DNA of 63,728 bases, counting the filler, from Raillietiella orientalis (taxonomy: Eukaryota), in assembly GCA_036172245.1 (NCBI GenBank). It is 3 parts of 3 records of this genome, joined end to end, with 100 filler letters (N's around TTAATTAATTAA, not from the genome) between each part and the next. Parts side by side here need not be neighbours in the genome. Positions count along the whole stretch, not along the records: positions 1 to 24,311 come from JAYWIR010000222.1; 2 more parts are not named here. The stretch is one strand, 5' to 3'. Shown piece by piece: positions 1-15,000 of the stretch. The notes under the pieces were generated by a model, which worked only from the letters and a program-made list of their open reading frames with translations, had not been told where the DNA came from and did not search any database. A program made the position numbers and the translations under genes. Within the stretch, counting starts at the first letter, position 1; each line of letters starts with the position of its first letter.

Positions 1-3000
1 TCACAGAAATTCCTCTATGTTTTCTATTTCCAATGTGGTGTTTTCCGTCCAAATCTCCGCACTTGCACGAAAACGACCATGGCCGGTTCCCGATGAATTC
101 GGTCGCAATCCTGAGACATCAAAATGGTTGGAAGCAATCTACTTCGACTTCCAGCATAGAAATAGAATCTTCAAAGTGCATCAAAGAAATTCCTCTATCT
201 TTTCTATTTCCAATGTGGTGTTTTCCGTCCAAATCTCCGCACTTGCACCAAAACGACCATGGCCGCTTCCCGATGAATTCGGTCGCAATCCTGAGACATC
301 AAAATGGTTGGAATCAATCTACTTCCACTTCCAGCATAGAAATCGAATCTACAAAGTGTATCCGAAAAATTCCTCTATCTTTTCTATTTCCAATGTGGTG
401 TTTTCCGTCCAAATCTCCGCACTTGCACCAAAACGACCATGGCCGTTTCCCGATGAATTCGGTCGCAATCCTGAGACATCAAAATGGTTGGAAGCAATCT
501 ACTTCCACTTCCTACATCCAAATAGAATCTTCAAAGTGGATCAAAAAAATTCCTCTATCTTTTGTATTTCCGATGTGGTGTTTTCCGTCCATATCTCCGC
601 ACTTGCACGTAAACGACCATGGCCGCTTCCCGATGAATTCGGTCAGAATCCTGAGACATCAAAATGGTTGGAATCAATCTACTTCCTCTTCCAGCATAGA
701 AATTGAATCTTCAAAATGCATCACAGAAATTCCTCTATCTTTTCTATTTCCAATGTGGTGTTTTCCGTCCAAATCTCCGCACTTGCACGTAAACGACCAT
801 GGCCGCTTCCCGATGAATTCGGTCGGAATCCTGAGACATCAAAATGGTTGGAATCAATCTACTTCGTCTTCCAGCATAGAAATTGAATCTTCAAAATGCA
901 TCACAGAAATTCCTCTATCTTTTCTATTTCCAATGTGGTGTTTTCCGTCCAAATCTCCGCACTTGCACCTAAACGACCATGGCCGCTTCCCGATGAATTC
1001 GGTCGCAATCCTGAGACATCAAAATGGTTGGAATCAATCTACTTCCACTTCCTGCATCCAAATAGAATCTTCAAAGTGCATGCAAAAAATTCCTCTATCT
1101 TTTCTATTTCCAATGTGGTGTTTTCCGTCCAAATCTCCGCACTTGCACGTAAACGACCATGGCCGCTTCCCGATGAATTCGGTCGCAATCCTGAGACATC
1201 AAAATGGTTGGAATCAATCTACTTCCTCTTCCAGCATAGAAATAGAATCTTCAAAGTGCATCAAAAAATTCCTCTATCTTTTCTATTTCCAATGTGGTGT
1301 TTTCCGTCCTAATCTCCGCACTTGCACGTAAACGACCATGGCCGCTTCCCGATGAATTCGGTCGCAATCCTGAGACCTGAAAATGGTTGGAATCAATCTA
1401 CTTCCACTTCCTGCATCCAAATACAATCTTCAAAGTGTATGCAAAAAATTCCTTTATCTTTTCTATTTCCAATGTGGTGTTTTCCGTCCAAATCTCCGCA
1501 CTTGCACCTAAACGACCATGGCCGGTTCCCGATGAATTCGGTCGCAATCCTTAGACATCAAAATGGTTGGAAGCAATCTACTTCCACTTCCTGCATCCAA
1601 ATACAATCTTCAAAGTGTATGCAAAAAATTCCTCTATCTTTTCTATTTCCAATGTGGTGTTTTCCGTCCAAATCTCCGCACTTGCTCGTAAACGACCATG
1701 GCCGCTTCCCGATGAATTCGGTCGGAATCCTGAGACATCAAAATGGTTGGAATCAATCTACTTCCTCTTCCAGCATAGAAATAGAATCTTCAAAGTGCTT
1801 CCTAAAAATTCCTCTATCTTCTCTATTTCCAATGTGGTGTTTTCCTTCCAAATCTCCACACTAGCACCAAAACGACCATGGTCGGGTCCCGATGAACTCG
1901 GTCGCAATCCTGAGACATCAAAATGGTTGGAATCAATCTACTTCGTCTTCCAGCATAGAAATTGAATCTTCAAAATGCATCACAGAAATTCCTCTATGTT
2001 TTCTATTTCCAGTGTGGTGTTTTCCGTCCAAATCTCCGCACTTGCACGAAAACGACCATGGCCGGTTCCCGATTAATTCGGTCGCAATCCTGAGACATGA
2101 AAATGGTTGGAAGCAATCTACTTCTACTTCCTACATCCAAATAGAATCTTCAAAGTAAATCAAAAAAATTCCTCTATCTTTTCTATTTCCAATGTGGTGT
2201 TTTCCGTCCAAATCTCCGCACTAGCACCAAAACGACCATGGCCGCTTCCCGATGAATTCGGTCGCAATCCTGAGACGTGAAAATGGTTGGAATCAATCTA
2301 CTTCCACTTCCAGCATAGAAATCGAATCTACAAAGTGTATCCGAAAAATTCCTCTATCTTTTCTATTTCCAATGTGGTGTTTTCCGTCCAAATCTCCGCA
2401 CTTGCACCAAAACGACCATGGCCGCTTCCCGATGAATTCGGTCGCAATCCTGAGACATCAAAATGGTTGGAATCAATCTACTTCCTCTTCCAGCATAGAA
2501 ATAGAATCTTCAAAATGCATCAAAAAAATTCCTCTATCTTTTCTATTTCCAATGTGGTGTTTTCCGTCCAAATCTCCGCACTTGCACGTAAACGACCATG
2601 GCCGCTTCCCGATGAATTCGGTCGCAATCCTGAGACATCAAAATGGTTGGAATCAATCTGCTTCGTCTTCCAGCATAGAAATTGAATCTTCAAAATGCAT
2701 CACACGAATTCCTCTATGTTTTCTATTTCCAATGTGGTGTTTGCCGTCCAAATCTCCAAACTTGCATGTAAACGACCATGGCCGCTTCCCGATGAATTCG
2801 GTCGCAATCCTGAGACATCAAAATGGTTGGAATCAATCTACTTCCTCTTCCAGCATAAAAATAGAATCTTCAAAATGCATGCAAAAAATTCCTCTATCTT
2901 TTCTATTTCCAATGTGGTGTTTTCCGTCCAAATCTCCGCACTTGCACCTAAACGACCATGGCCGCTTCCCGATGAATTCGGTCGCAATCCTGAGACATCA

Positions 3001-6000
3001 AAATGGTTGGAATCAATCTACTTCCTCTTCCAGCATAGAAATAGAATCTTCAAAATACAGCCAAAAAATTCCTCTATCTTTTCTATTTCCAATGTGGTGT
3101 TTTCCGTCCAAATCTCCGCACTTGCACGTAAACGACCATGGCCGCTTCCCGATGAATTCGGTCGCAATCCTGAGACATCAAAATGGTTGGAATCAATCTA
3201 CTTCGTCTTCCAGCATAGAAATTGAATCTTCAAAATGCATCACACGAATTCCTCTATGTTTTCTATTTCCAATGTGGTGTTTTCCGTCCAAATCTCCACA
3301 CTTGCATGTAAACGACCATGGCCGCTTCCCGATGAATTCGGTCGCAATCCTGAGACATCAAAATGGTTGGAATCAATCTACTTTCCAGCATAAAAATAGA
3401 ATCTTCAAAGTGTATGCAAAAAATTCCTCTATCTTTTCTATTTCCAATGTGGTGTTTTCCGTCCAAATCTCCGCACTTGCACCTAAACGACCATGGCCGG
3501 TTCCCGATGAATTCGGTCGCAATCCTTAGACATCAAAATGGTTGGAAGCAATCTACTTCCACTTCCTGCATCCAAATACAATCTTCAAAGTGTATCAAAG
3601 AAATTCCTCTATCTTTTCTATTTCCAATGTGGTGTTTTCCGTCCAAATCTCCGCACTTGCTCGTAAACGACCATGGCCGCTTCCCGATGAATTCGGTCGG
3701 AATCCTGAGACATCAAAATGGTTGGAATCAATCTACTTCCTCTTCCAGCATAGAAATAGAATCTTCAAAGTGCTTCCTAAAAATTCCTCTATCTTCTCTA
3801 TTTCCAATGTGGTGTTTTCCTTCCAAATCTCCACACTAGCACCAAAACGACCATGGTCGGGTCCCGATGAACTCGGTCGCAATCCTGAGACATCAAAATG
3901 GTTGGAATCAATCTACTTCGTCTTCCAGCATAGAAATTGAATCTTCAAAATGCATCACAGAAATTCCTCTATGTTTTCTATTTCCAGTGTGGTGTTTTCC
4001 GTCCAAATCTCCGCACTTGCACGAAAACGACCATGGCCGGTTCCCGATTAATTCGGTCGCAATCCTGAGACATGAAAATGGTTGGAAGCAATCTACTTCT
4101 ACTTCCTACATCCAAATAGAATCTTCAAAGTAAATCAAAAAAATTCCTCTATCTTTTCTATTTCCAATGTGGTGTTTTCCGTCCAAATCTCCGCACTAGC
4201 ACCAAAACGACCATGGCCGCTTCCCGATGAATTCGGTCGCAATCCTGAGACGTGAAAATGGTTGGAATCAATCTACTTCCACTTCCAGCATAGAAATCGA
4301 ATCTACAAAGTGTATCCGAAAAATTCCTCTATCTTTTCTATTTCCAATGTGGTGTTTTCCGTCCAAATCTCCGCACTTGCACCAAAACGACCATGGCCGT
4401 TTCCCGATGAATTCGGTCGCAATCCTGAGACATCAAAATGGTTGGAAGCAATCTACTTCCACTTCCTACATCCAAATAGAATCTTCAAAGTGGATCAAAA
4501 AAATTCCTCTATCTTTTGTATTTCCGATGTGGTGTTTTCCGTCCATATCTCCGCACTTGCACGTAAACGACCATGGCCGCTTCCCGATGAATTCGGTCAG
4601 AATCCTGAGACATCAAAATGGTTGGAATCAATCTACTTCCTCTTCCAGCATAGAAATTGAATCTTCAAAATGCATCACAGAAATTCCTCTATCTTTTCTA
4701 TTTCCAATGTGGTGTTTTCCGTCCAAATCTCCGCACTTGCACGTAAACGACCATGGCCGCTTCCCGATGAATTCGGTCGGAATCCTGAGACATCAAAATG
4801 GTTGGAATCAATCTACTTCGTCTTCCAGCATAGAAATTGAATCTTCAAAATGCATCACAGAAGTTCCTCTATGTTTTCTATTTCCAATGTGGTGTTTTCC
4901 GTCCAAATCTCCGCACTTGCACCTAAACGACCATGGCCGCTTCCCGATGAATTCGGTCGCAATCCTGAGACATCAAAATGGTTGGAATCAATCTACTTCC
5001 TCTTCCAGCATAAAAATAGAATCTTCAAAGTGTATGCAAAAAATTCCTCTATCTTTTCTATTTCCAATGTGGTGTTTTCCGTCCAAATCTCCGCACTTGC
5101 ACCTAAACGACCATGGCCGGTTCCCGATGAATTCGGTCGTAATCCTGAGACATCAAAATGGTTGGAAGCAATCTACTTCCACTTCCAGCATAGAAATAGA
5201 ATCTTCAAAATGCATCAAAAAAATTCCTCTATCTTTTCTATTTCCAATGTGGTGTTTTCCGTCCAAATCTCCGCACTTGCACCAAAACGACCATGGCCGT
5301 TTCCCGATGAATTCGGTCGCAATCCTGAGACATCAAAATGGTTGGAAGCAATCTACTTCCACTTCCTGCATCCAAATAGAATCTTCAAAGTGTATGCAAA
5401 AATTCCTCTATCTTTTCTATTTCCAATGTGGTGTTTTCCGTCCAAATCTCCGCACTTGCACCTAAACGACCATGGCCGGTTCCCGATGAATTCGGTCGCA
5501 ATCCTTAGACATCAAAATGGTTGGAATCAATCTACTTTCCAGCATAGAAATAGAATCTTCAAAGTGCATCCAAAAAATTCCTCTATCTTTTCTATTTCCA
5601 ATGTGGTGTTTTCCGTCCAAATCTCCGCACTTGCACCAAAACGACCATGGCCGCTTCCCGATGAATTCGGTCGCAATCCTGAGACATCAAAATGGTTGGA
5701 ATCAATCTACTTCGTCTTCCAGCATAGAAATTGAATCTTCAAAATGCATCACAGAAATTCCTCTATCTTTTCTATTTCCAATGTGGTGTTTTCCGTCCAA
5801 ATCTCCGCACTTGCACCAAAACGACCATGGCCGCTTCCCGATGAATTCGGTCGCAATCCTGAGACATGAAAATGGTTGGAATCAATCTACTTCCACTTCC
5901 AGCATAGAAATCGAATCTACAAAGTGTATCCGAAAAATTCCTCTATCTTTTCTATTTCCAATGTGGTGTTTTCCGTCCAAATCTCCGCACTTGCACCAAA

Positions 6001-9000
6001 ACGACCATGGCCGTTTCCCGATGAATTCGGTCGCAATCCTGAGACATCAAAATGGTTGGAAGCAATCTACTTCCACTTCCTGCATCCAAATAGAATCTTC
6101 AAAGTGTATCCTAAAAATTCCTCTATCTTTTCTATTTCCAATGTGGTGTTTTCCGTCCAAATCTCCGCACTTGCACGTAAACGACCATGGCCGCTTCCCG
6201 ATGAATTCGGTCAGAATCCTGAGACATCAAAATGGTTGGAATCAATCTACTTCCTCTTCCAGCATAGAAATTGAATCTTCAAAATGCATCACAGAAATTC
6301 CTCTATCTTTTCTATTTCCAATGTGGTGTTTTCCGTCCAAATCTCCGCACTTGCACGTAAACGACCATGGCCGCTTCCCGATGAATTCGGTCGGAATCCT
6401 GAGACATCAAAATGGTTGGAATCAATCTACTTCGTCTTCCAGCATAGAAATTGAATCTTCAAAATGCATCACAGAAATTCCTCTATGTTTTCTATTTCCA
6501 ATGCGGTATTTTCCTTCCAAATCTCCGCACTTGCACCTAAACGACCATGGCCGCTTCCCGATGAATTCGGTCGGAATCCTGAGACATCAAAATGGTTGGA
6601 ATCAATCTACTTCGTCTTCCAGCATAGAAATTGAATCTTCAAAATGCATCACAGAAATTCCTCTATGTTTTCTATTTCCAATGTGGTGTTTTCCGTCCAA
6701 ATCTCCGCACTTGCACCTAAACGACCATGGCCGGTTCCCGATGAATTCGGTCGCAATCCTGAGACATCAAAACGGTTGGAAGCAATCTACTTTTACTTTC
6801 TGCATCCAAATAAAATCTTCAAAGTGTTTCCTAAAAATTCCTCTATCTTTTCTATTTCCAATGTGGTGTTTTCCGTCCAAATCTCCGCACTTGCACGTAA
6901 ACGACCATGGCCGCTTCCCGATGAATTCGGTCAGAATCCTGAGACATCAAAATGGTTGGAATCAATCTACTTCCTCTTCCAGCATAGAAATTGAATCTTC
7001 AAAATGCATCACAGAAATTCCTCTATCTTTTCTATTTCCAATGTGGTGTTTTCCGTCCAAATCTCCGCACTTGCACGTAAACGACCATGGCCGCTTCCCG
7101 ATGAATTCGGTCGGAATCCTGAGACATCAAAATGGTTGGAATCAATCTACTTCCTCTTCCAGCATAGAAATAGAATCTTCAAAATGCATCAAAAAAATTC
7201 CTCTATCTTTTCTATTTCCAATGTGGTGTTTTCCGTCCAAATCTCCGCACTTGCACCTAAACGACCATGGCCGGTTCCCGATGAATTCGGTCGTAATCCT
7301 TAGACATCAAAATGGTTGGAAGCAATCTACTTCCACTTCCTACATCCAAATAGAATCTTCTAAGGGGATCAAAAAAATTCCTCTATCTTTTCTATTTCCA
7401 ATGTGGTGTTTTCCGTACAAATCTCCGCACTTGCACCAAAACGACCATGGCCGTTTCCCGATGAATTCGGTCGCAATCCTGAGACATCAAAATGGTTGGA
7501 AGCAATCTACTTCGTCTTCCAGCATAGAAATTGAATCTTCAAAATGCATCACAGAAATTCCTCTATGGTTTCTATTTCCAATGTGGTGTTTTCCGTCCAA
7601 ATCTTCGCACTTGCACCAAAACGACCATGGCCGGTTCCCGATGAATTCGGTCGCAATCCTTAGACATCAAAATGGTTGGAAGCAATCTACTTCCACTTCC
7701 TGCATCCAAATACAATCTTCAAAGTGTATGCAAAAAATTCCTCTATCTTTTCTATTTCCAATGTGGTGTTTTCCGTCCAAATCTCCGCACTTGCACCTAA
7801 ACGACCATGGCCGCTTCCCGATGAATTCGGTCGCAATCCTTAGACATCAAAATGGTTGGAAGCAATCTACTTCCACTTCCTGCATCCAAATACAATCTTC
7901 AAAGTGTATGCAAAAAATTCCTCTATCTTTTCTATTTCCAATGTGGTGTTTTCCGTCCAAATCTCCGCACTTGCACGTAAACGACCATGGCCGCTTCCCG
8001 ATGAATTCGGTCGGAATCCTGAGACATCAAAATGGTTGGAATCAATCTACTTCCTCTTCCAGCATAGAAATAGAATCTTCAAAATGCATCAAAAAAATTC
8101 CTCTATCTTTTCTATTTCCAATGTGGTGTTTTCCGTCCAAATCTCCGCACTTGCACCTAAACGACCATGGCCGGTTCCCGATGAATTCGGTCGTAATCCT
8201 TAGACATCAAAATGGTTGGAAGCAATCTACTTCCACTTCCTACATCCAAATAGAATCTTCAAAGAGGATCAAAAAAATTCCTTTATCTTTTCTATTTCCA
8301 ATGTGGTGTTTTCCGTACAAATCTCCGCACTTGCACCAAAACGACCATGGCCGCTTCCCGATGAATTCGGTCGCAATCCTGAGACATCAAAATGGTTGGA
8401 ATCAATCTAATTCCACTTCCAGCATAGAAATCGAATCTACAAAGTGTATCCGAAAAATTCCTCTATCTTTTCTATTTCCAATGTGGTGTTTTCCGTCCAA
8501 ATCTCCGCACATGCACCAAAACGACCATGGCCGTTTCCCGATGAATTCGGTCGCAATCCTGAGACATCAAAATGGTTGGAAGCAATCTACTTCCACGTCC
8601 TACATCCAAATAGAATCTTCAAAGTGGATCAAAAAAATTCCTCTATCTTTTGTATTTCCGATGTGGTGTTTTCCGTCCATATCTCCGCACTTGCACGAAA
8701 ACGACCATGGCCGCTTCCCGATGAATTCGGTCAGAATCCTGAGACATCAAAATGGTTGGAATCAATCTACTTCCTCTTCCAGCATAAGTGAATCTTCAAA
8801 ATGCATCACAGAAATTCCTCTATCTTTTCTATTTCCAATGTGGTGTTTTCCGTCCAAATCTCCGCACTTGCACGTAAACGACCATGGCCGCTTCCCGATG
8901 AATTCGGTCGGAATCCTGAGACATCAAAATGGTTGGAATCAATCTACTATAGAGCGGACAATAGAAGTGAATCTTCAAAATGCATCACAGAAATTCCTCT

Positions 9001-12000
9001 ATCTTTTCTATTTCCAATGTGGTGTTTTCCCTCCAAATCTCCACACTTGCACCTAAACGACCATGGCCGCTTCCCGATGAATTCGGTCGGAATCCTGAGA
9101 CATCAAAATGGTTGGAATCAATCTACTACCTCTTCCAGCATCCAAATACAATCTTCAAAGTGTATGCTAAAAATTCCTTTATCTTTACTATTTCCAATGT
9201 GGTGTTTCCGTCCAAATCTCCACGCGCACGTAAACCATGGCCGCTTCCCGATGAATTCGGTCCGGAATCCTGAGACATCAAATGGGTTGAATCAATCTAC
9301 TTCGTCTTCCAGCATAGAATTGAATCTTCAAAATGCATCACAGAAGTTCCTCTATCTTTTCTATTTCCAATGTGGTGTTTTCCGTCCTAATCTCCGCACT
9401 TGCACGTAAACGACCATGGCCGCTTGCCGATGAATTCGGTCGCAATCCTGAGACCTGAAAATGGTTGGAATCAATCTACTTCCACTTCCTGCATCCAAAT
9501 ACAATCTTCAAAGTGTATGCAAAAAATTCCTTTATCTTTTCTATTTCCAATGTGGTGTTTTCCGTCCAAATCTCCGCACTTGCACCAAAACGACCATGGC
9601 CGTTTCCCGATGAATTCGGTCGCAATCCTGAGACATCGAAATGGTTGGAAGCAATCTACTTCCACTTCCAGCATAGAAATAGAATCTTCAAAATGCATCA
9701 CAGTAATTCCTCTATGTTTTCTATTTCCAATGTGGTGTTTTCCGTCCAAATCTCCGCACTTGCACCTAAACGACCATGGCCGGTTCCCGATGAATTCGGT
9801 CGCAATCCTTAGACATCGAAATGGTTGGAATCAATCTACTTCCTCTTCCAGCATAGAAATAGAATCTTCAAAGTGCTTCCTAAAAATTCCTCTATCTTCT
9901 CTATTTCCAATGTGGTGTTTTCCTTCCAAATCTCCACACTAGCACCAAAACGACCATGGTCAGGTCCCGATGAACTCGGTCGCAATCCTGAGACATCAAA
10001 ATGGTTGGAATCAATCTACTTCGTCTTCCAGCATAGAAATTGAATCTTCAAAATGCATCACAGAAATTCCTCTATGTTTTCTATTTCCATTGTGGTTTTT
10101 TCCGTCCAAATCTCCGCACTTGCACGAAAACGACCATGGCCGGTTCCCGATTAATTCGGTCGCAATCCTGAGACATGAAAATGGTTGGAAGCAATCTACT
10201 TCTACTTCCTACATCCAAATAGAATCTTCAAAGTAAATCAAAAAAATTCCTCTATCTTTTCTATTTCCAATGTGGTGTTTTCCGTCCAAATCTCAGCACT
10301 AGCACCAAAACGACCATGGCCGCTTCCCGATGAATTCGGTCGCAATCCTGAGACGTGAAAATGGTTGGAATCAATCTACTTCCACTTCCAGCATAGAAAT
10401 CGAATCTACAAATTGTATCCGAAAAATTCCTCTATCTTTTCTATTTCCAATGTGGTGTTTTCCGTCCAAATCTCCGCACTTGCACCAAAACGACCATGGC
10501 CGTTTCCCGATGAATTCGGTCGGAATCCTGAGACATCAAAATGGTTGGAATCAATCTACTTCGTCTTCCAGCATAGAAATTGAATCTTTAAAATCCATCA
10601 CAGAAGTTCCTCTATGTTTTCTATTTCCAATGCGGTATTTTCCTTCCAAATCTCCGCACTTGCACCTAAACGACCATGGCCGGTTCCCGATGAATTCGGT
10701 CGCAATCCTGAGACATCAAAACGGTTGGAAGCAATCTACTTTTACTTTCTGCATCCAAATAAAATCTTCAAAGTGTTTCCTAAAAATTCCTCTATCTTTT
10801 CTATTTCCAATGTGGTGTTTTCCGTCCAAATCTCCGCACTTGCACGTAAACGACCATGGCCGCTTCCCGATGAATTCGGTCAGAATCCTGAGACATCAAA
10901 ATGGTTGGAATCAATCTACTTCCTCTTCCAGTATAGAAATTGAATCTTCAAAATGCATCACAGAAATTCCTCTATCTTTTCTATTTCCAATGTGGTGTTT
11001 TCGGTTCAAATCTCCGCACTTGCACGTAAACGACCATGGCCGCTTCCCGATGAATTCGGTCGGAATCCTGAGACATCAAAATGGTTGGAATCAATCTACT
11101 TTCTCTTCCAGCATAGAAATAGAATCTTCAAAATACATCAAAAAAATTCTTCTATCTTTTCTATTTCCAATGTGGTGTTTTCCGTCCAAATCTCCGCACT
11201 TGCACCTAAACGACCATGGCCGGTTCCCGATGAATTCGGTCGTAATCCTTAGACATCAAAATGGTTGGAAGCAATCTACTTCCACTTTCTACATCCAAAT
11301 AGAATCTTCTAATGGGATCAAAAAAATTCCTCTATCTTTTGTATTTCCAATGTGGTGTTTTCCGTACAAATCTCCGCACTTGCACCAAAACGACCATGGC
11401 CGTTTCCCGATGAATTCGGTCGCAATCCTGAGACATCAAAATGGTTGGAAGCAATCTACTTCGTCTTCCAGCATAGAAATTGAATCTTTAAAATGCATCA
11501 CAGAAATTCCTCTATGGTTTCTATTTCCAATGTGGTGTTTTCCGTCCAAATCTTCGCACTTGCACCAAAACGACCATGGCCGGTTCCCGATGAATTCGGT
11601 CGCAATCCTTAGACATCAAAATGGTTGGAAGCAATCTACTTCCACTTTCTGCATCCAAATACAATCTTCAAAGTGTATGCAAATAATTTTTAGTTCTTTT
11701 CTATTTCCAATGTGGTGTTTTCCGTACAAATCTCCGCACTTGCCCCTAAACGACCATGGCCGGTTCCCGATGAATTCGGTCGCAATCCTTAGACATCAAA
11801 ATGGTTGGAAGCAATCTACTTCCACTTCCTGCATCCAAATACAATCTTCAAAGTGTATGCTGCATTATCTCTCTTTTCTATCTCCAATGTGGTGTTTTCC
11901 GTCCAAATCTCCGCACTTGCTCGTAAACGACCATGGCCGCTTCCCGATGAATTCGGTCGGAATCCTGAGACATCAAAATGGTTGGAATCAATCTACTTCC

Positions 12001-15000
12001 TCTTCCAGCATAGAAATAGAATCTTCAAAATGCATCAAAAAAAATTCCTCTATCTTTTCTATTTCCAATGTGGTGTTTTCCGTCCAAATCTCCGCACTTG
12101 CACCTAAACGACCATGTCCGGTTCCCGATGAATTCGGTCGTAATCCTTAGACATCAAAATGGTTGGAAGCAATCTACTTCCACTTCCTACATCCAAATAG
12201 AATCTTCAAAGAGGATCAAAAAAATTCCTTTATCTTTTCTATTTCCAATGTGGTGTTTTCCGTACAAATCTCCGCTCTTGCACCAAAACGACCATGGCCG
12301 CTTCCCCATGAATTCGGTCGCAATCCTGAGACATCAAAATGGTTGGAAGCAATCTACTGCGTCTTCCAGGATAGAAATTGAATCTTCAAAATGCATCACA
12401 GAAATTCCTCTATGTTTTCTATTTCCAATGTGGTGTTTTCCGTCCAAATCTGCGCACTTGCACCAAAACGACCATGGCCGGTTCCCGATGAATTCGGTCG
12501 CAATCCTGAGACATGAAAATGGTTGGAATCAATGTACTTCCGCTTCCAGCATATAGATAGAATCCTCAAAGTGCATCAAACAAATTCCTTTATCTTTTGT
12601 ATTTCCAATGTGGTGTTTTCCGTCCAAATCTCCAAACTTGCATGTAAACGACCATGGCCGCTTCCCGATGAATTCGGTCGCAATCCTGAGACGTGAAAAT
12701 GGTTGGAATCAATCTACTTCCACTTCCAGCATAGAAATCGAATCTACAAAGTTTATCCGAAAAATTCCTCCATCTTTTCTATTTCCAATGTGGTGTTTTC
12801 CGTCCAAATCTCCGCACTTGCACCAAAACGACCATGGCCGTTTCCCGATGAATTCGGTCGCAATCCTGAGACATGAAAATGGTTGGAAGCAATCTACTTC
12901 CACTTCCTACATCCAAATAGAATCTTCAAAGTGAATCAAGGAAATTCCTCTATCTTTTGTATTTCCGATGTGGTGTTTTCCGTCCAAATCTCCGCACTTC
13001 ACCAAAACGACCATGGCCGTTCCCCGATGAATTCGGTCGCAATCCTGAGAAATCAAAACGGTTGGAAGCAATCTACTTCCACTTTCTGCATACAAATAGA
13101 ATCTTCAAAGTGTTTCCTAAAAATTCCTCTATCTTCTCTATTTCCAATGTGGTGTTTTCCGTCCAAATCTCCACACTAGCACCAAAACGACCATGGTCGG
13201 TTCCCGATGAAATCGGTCGCAATCCTGAGACATCAAAATGGTTGGAATCAATCTACTTCGTCTTCCAGCATAGAAATTGAATCTTCAGAATGCATCACAG
13301 AAATTCCTCTATCTTTTCTATTTCCAATGTGGTGTTTTCCGTCCAAATCTCCGCACTTGCACGTAAACGACCATGGCCGCTTCCCGATGAATTCGGTCGG
13401 AATCCTGAGACATCAAAATGGTTGGAATCAATCTACTTCCTCTTCCAGCATAGAAATTGAATCTTCTAAATGCATCACAGAAATTCCTCTATCTTTTCTA
13501 TTTCCAATGTGGTGATTTCTGTCCAAATCTTCGCACTTGCACCAACACGACCATGGCCGGTTCCCGATTAATTCGGTCGCAATCCTGAGACATGAAAATG
13601 GTTGGAAGCAATCTACTTTCACTTCCAGCATAGATATAGAATCCTCAAAGTGCATCAAAAAAATTCCTGTATCTTTTCTATTTCCAATGTGGTGTTTTCC
13701 GTCCAAATCTCCGCACTTGCACCTAAACGACCATGGCCGCTTCCCGATGAATTCGGTCGGAATCCTGAGACATCAAAATGGTTGGAATCAATCTACTTCC
13801 TTTTCCAGCATAGAAATAGAATCTTTGAAGTGCATCAAAGAAATTCCTTTATCTTTTCTACTTCCAATGTGGTGTTTTCCGTCCAAATCTCCGCACTTGC
13901 ACCTAAACGAACATGGCCGGTTCCCGAGTAATTCGGTCGCAATCCTGAGACATCAAAATGGTTGGAAGCAAACTACTTCCTCTTCCAGCATAGAAATAGA
14001 ATCTTCAAAGTGCATCAAAAAAATTCCTTTATCTTTTCTATTTCCAGTGTGGTGTTTTCCGTCGAAATCTCCGCACTTGCACCAAAACGACCATGGCCGG
14101 TTCCCGATTAATTCGGTCGCAATCCTGAGACATGAAAATGGTTGCAAGCAATCTACTTCTACTTCCTACATCCAAATATAATCTTCAAAGTGGATCAAAA
14201 AAATTCGTTTATCTTTTCTATTTCCAATGTGGTGTTTTCCGTACAAATCTCCGCACTTGCACCAAAACGACCATGGCCGTTTCCCTTTGAATTCGGTCGG
14301 AATCCTGAGACATCAAAATGGTTGGAAGCAATCTACTTCGTCTTCCAGCATAGAAATTGAATCTTCAAAATGCATCACAGAAATTCCTCTATGTTTTCTA
14401 TTTCCAATGTGGTGTTTTCCGTCCAAATCTTCGCACTTGCACCAAAACGACCATGGCCGGTTCCCGATGAATTCGGTCGCAATCCTGAGACATGAAAATG
14501 GTTGGAATCAATGCACTTCCACTTCCAGCATAGGGATAGAATCCTCAAAAAGTACATCAATTGGTCCTTTATCTTTTTTATTTCCAATGTGGTGTTTTCC
14601 GTCCAAATCTCCAAACTTGCATGTAAACGACCATGGCCGCTTCCCGATGAATTCGGTCGCAATCCTGAGACGTGAAAATGGTTGGAATCAATCTACTTCG
14701 TCTTCCAGCATAGAAATTGAATCTTTAAAATGCAGCAAGAAAATTCCTCTATCTTTTGTATTTCCAATGTGGTGTTTTCCGTCGAAATCTTCGCACTTGC
14801 ACGAAAACGACCATGGCCGGTTCCCGATTAATTCGGTCGCAATCCTGAGACATCAAAATGCTTGGAATCAATCTACTTCGTCTCCCAGCATAGAAATTGA
14901 ATCTTCAAAATGCATCACAGAAATTCCTCTATGTTTTCTATTTCCAGTGTGGTGTTTTCCGTCCAAATCTCCGCACTTGCACCAACACGACCATGGCCGG

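Noticed and set aside
8785..9330. Short 'foreign' patches and indel clusters (e.g. TATAGAGCGGACAATAG ~8948; also ~11680-11880, ~17110-17420, ~32690-32712, ~43200-43940, ~47900-47990, ~48370-48685, ~60470-60525)
   Set aside because: They replace roughly equal lengths of monomer, cluster with homopolymer indels, lack TSDs or TIRs and are not shared by duplicated copies. They are most consistent with low-coverage long-read consensus errors.
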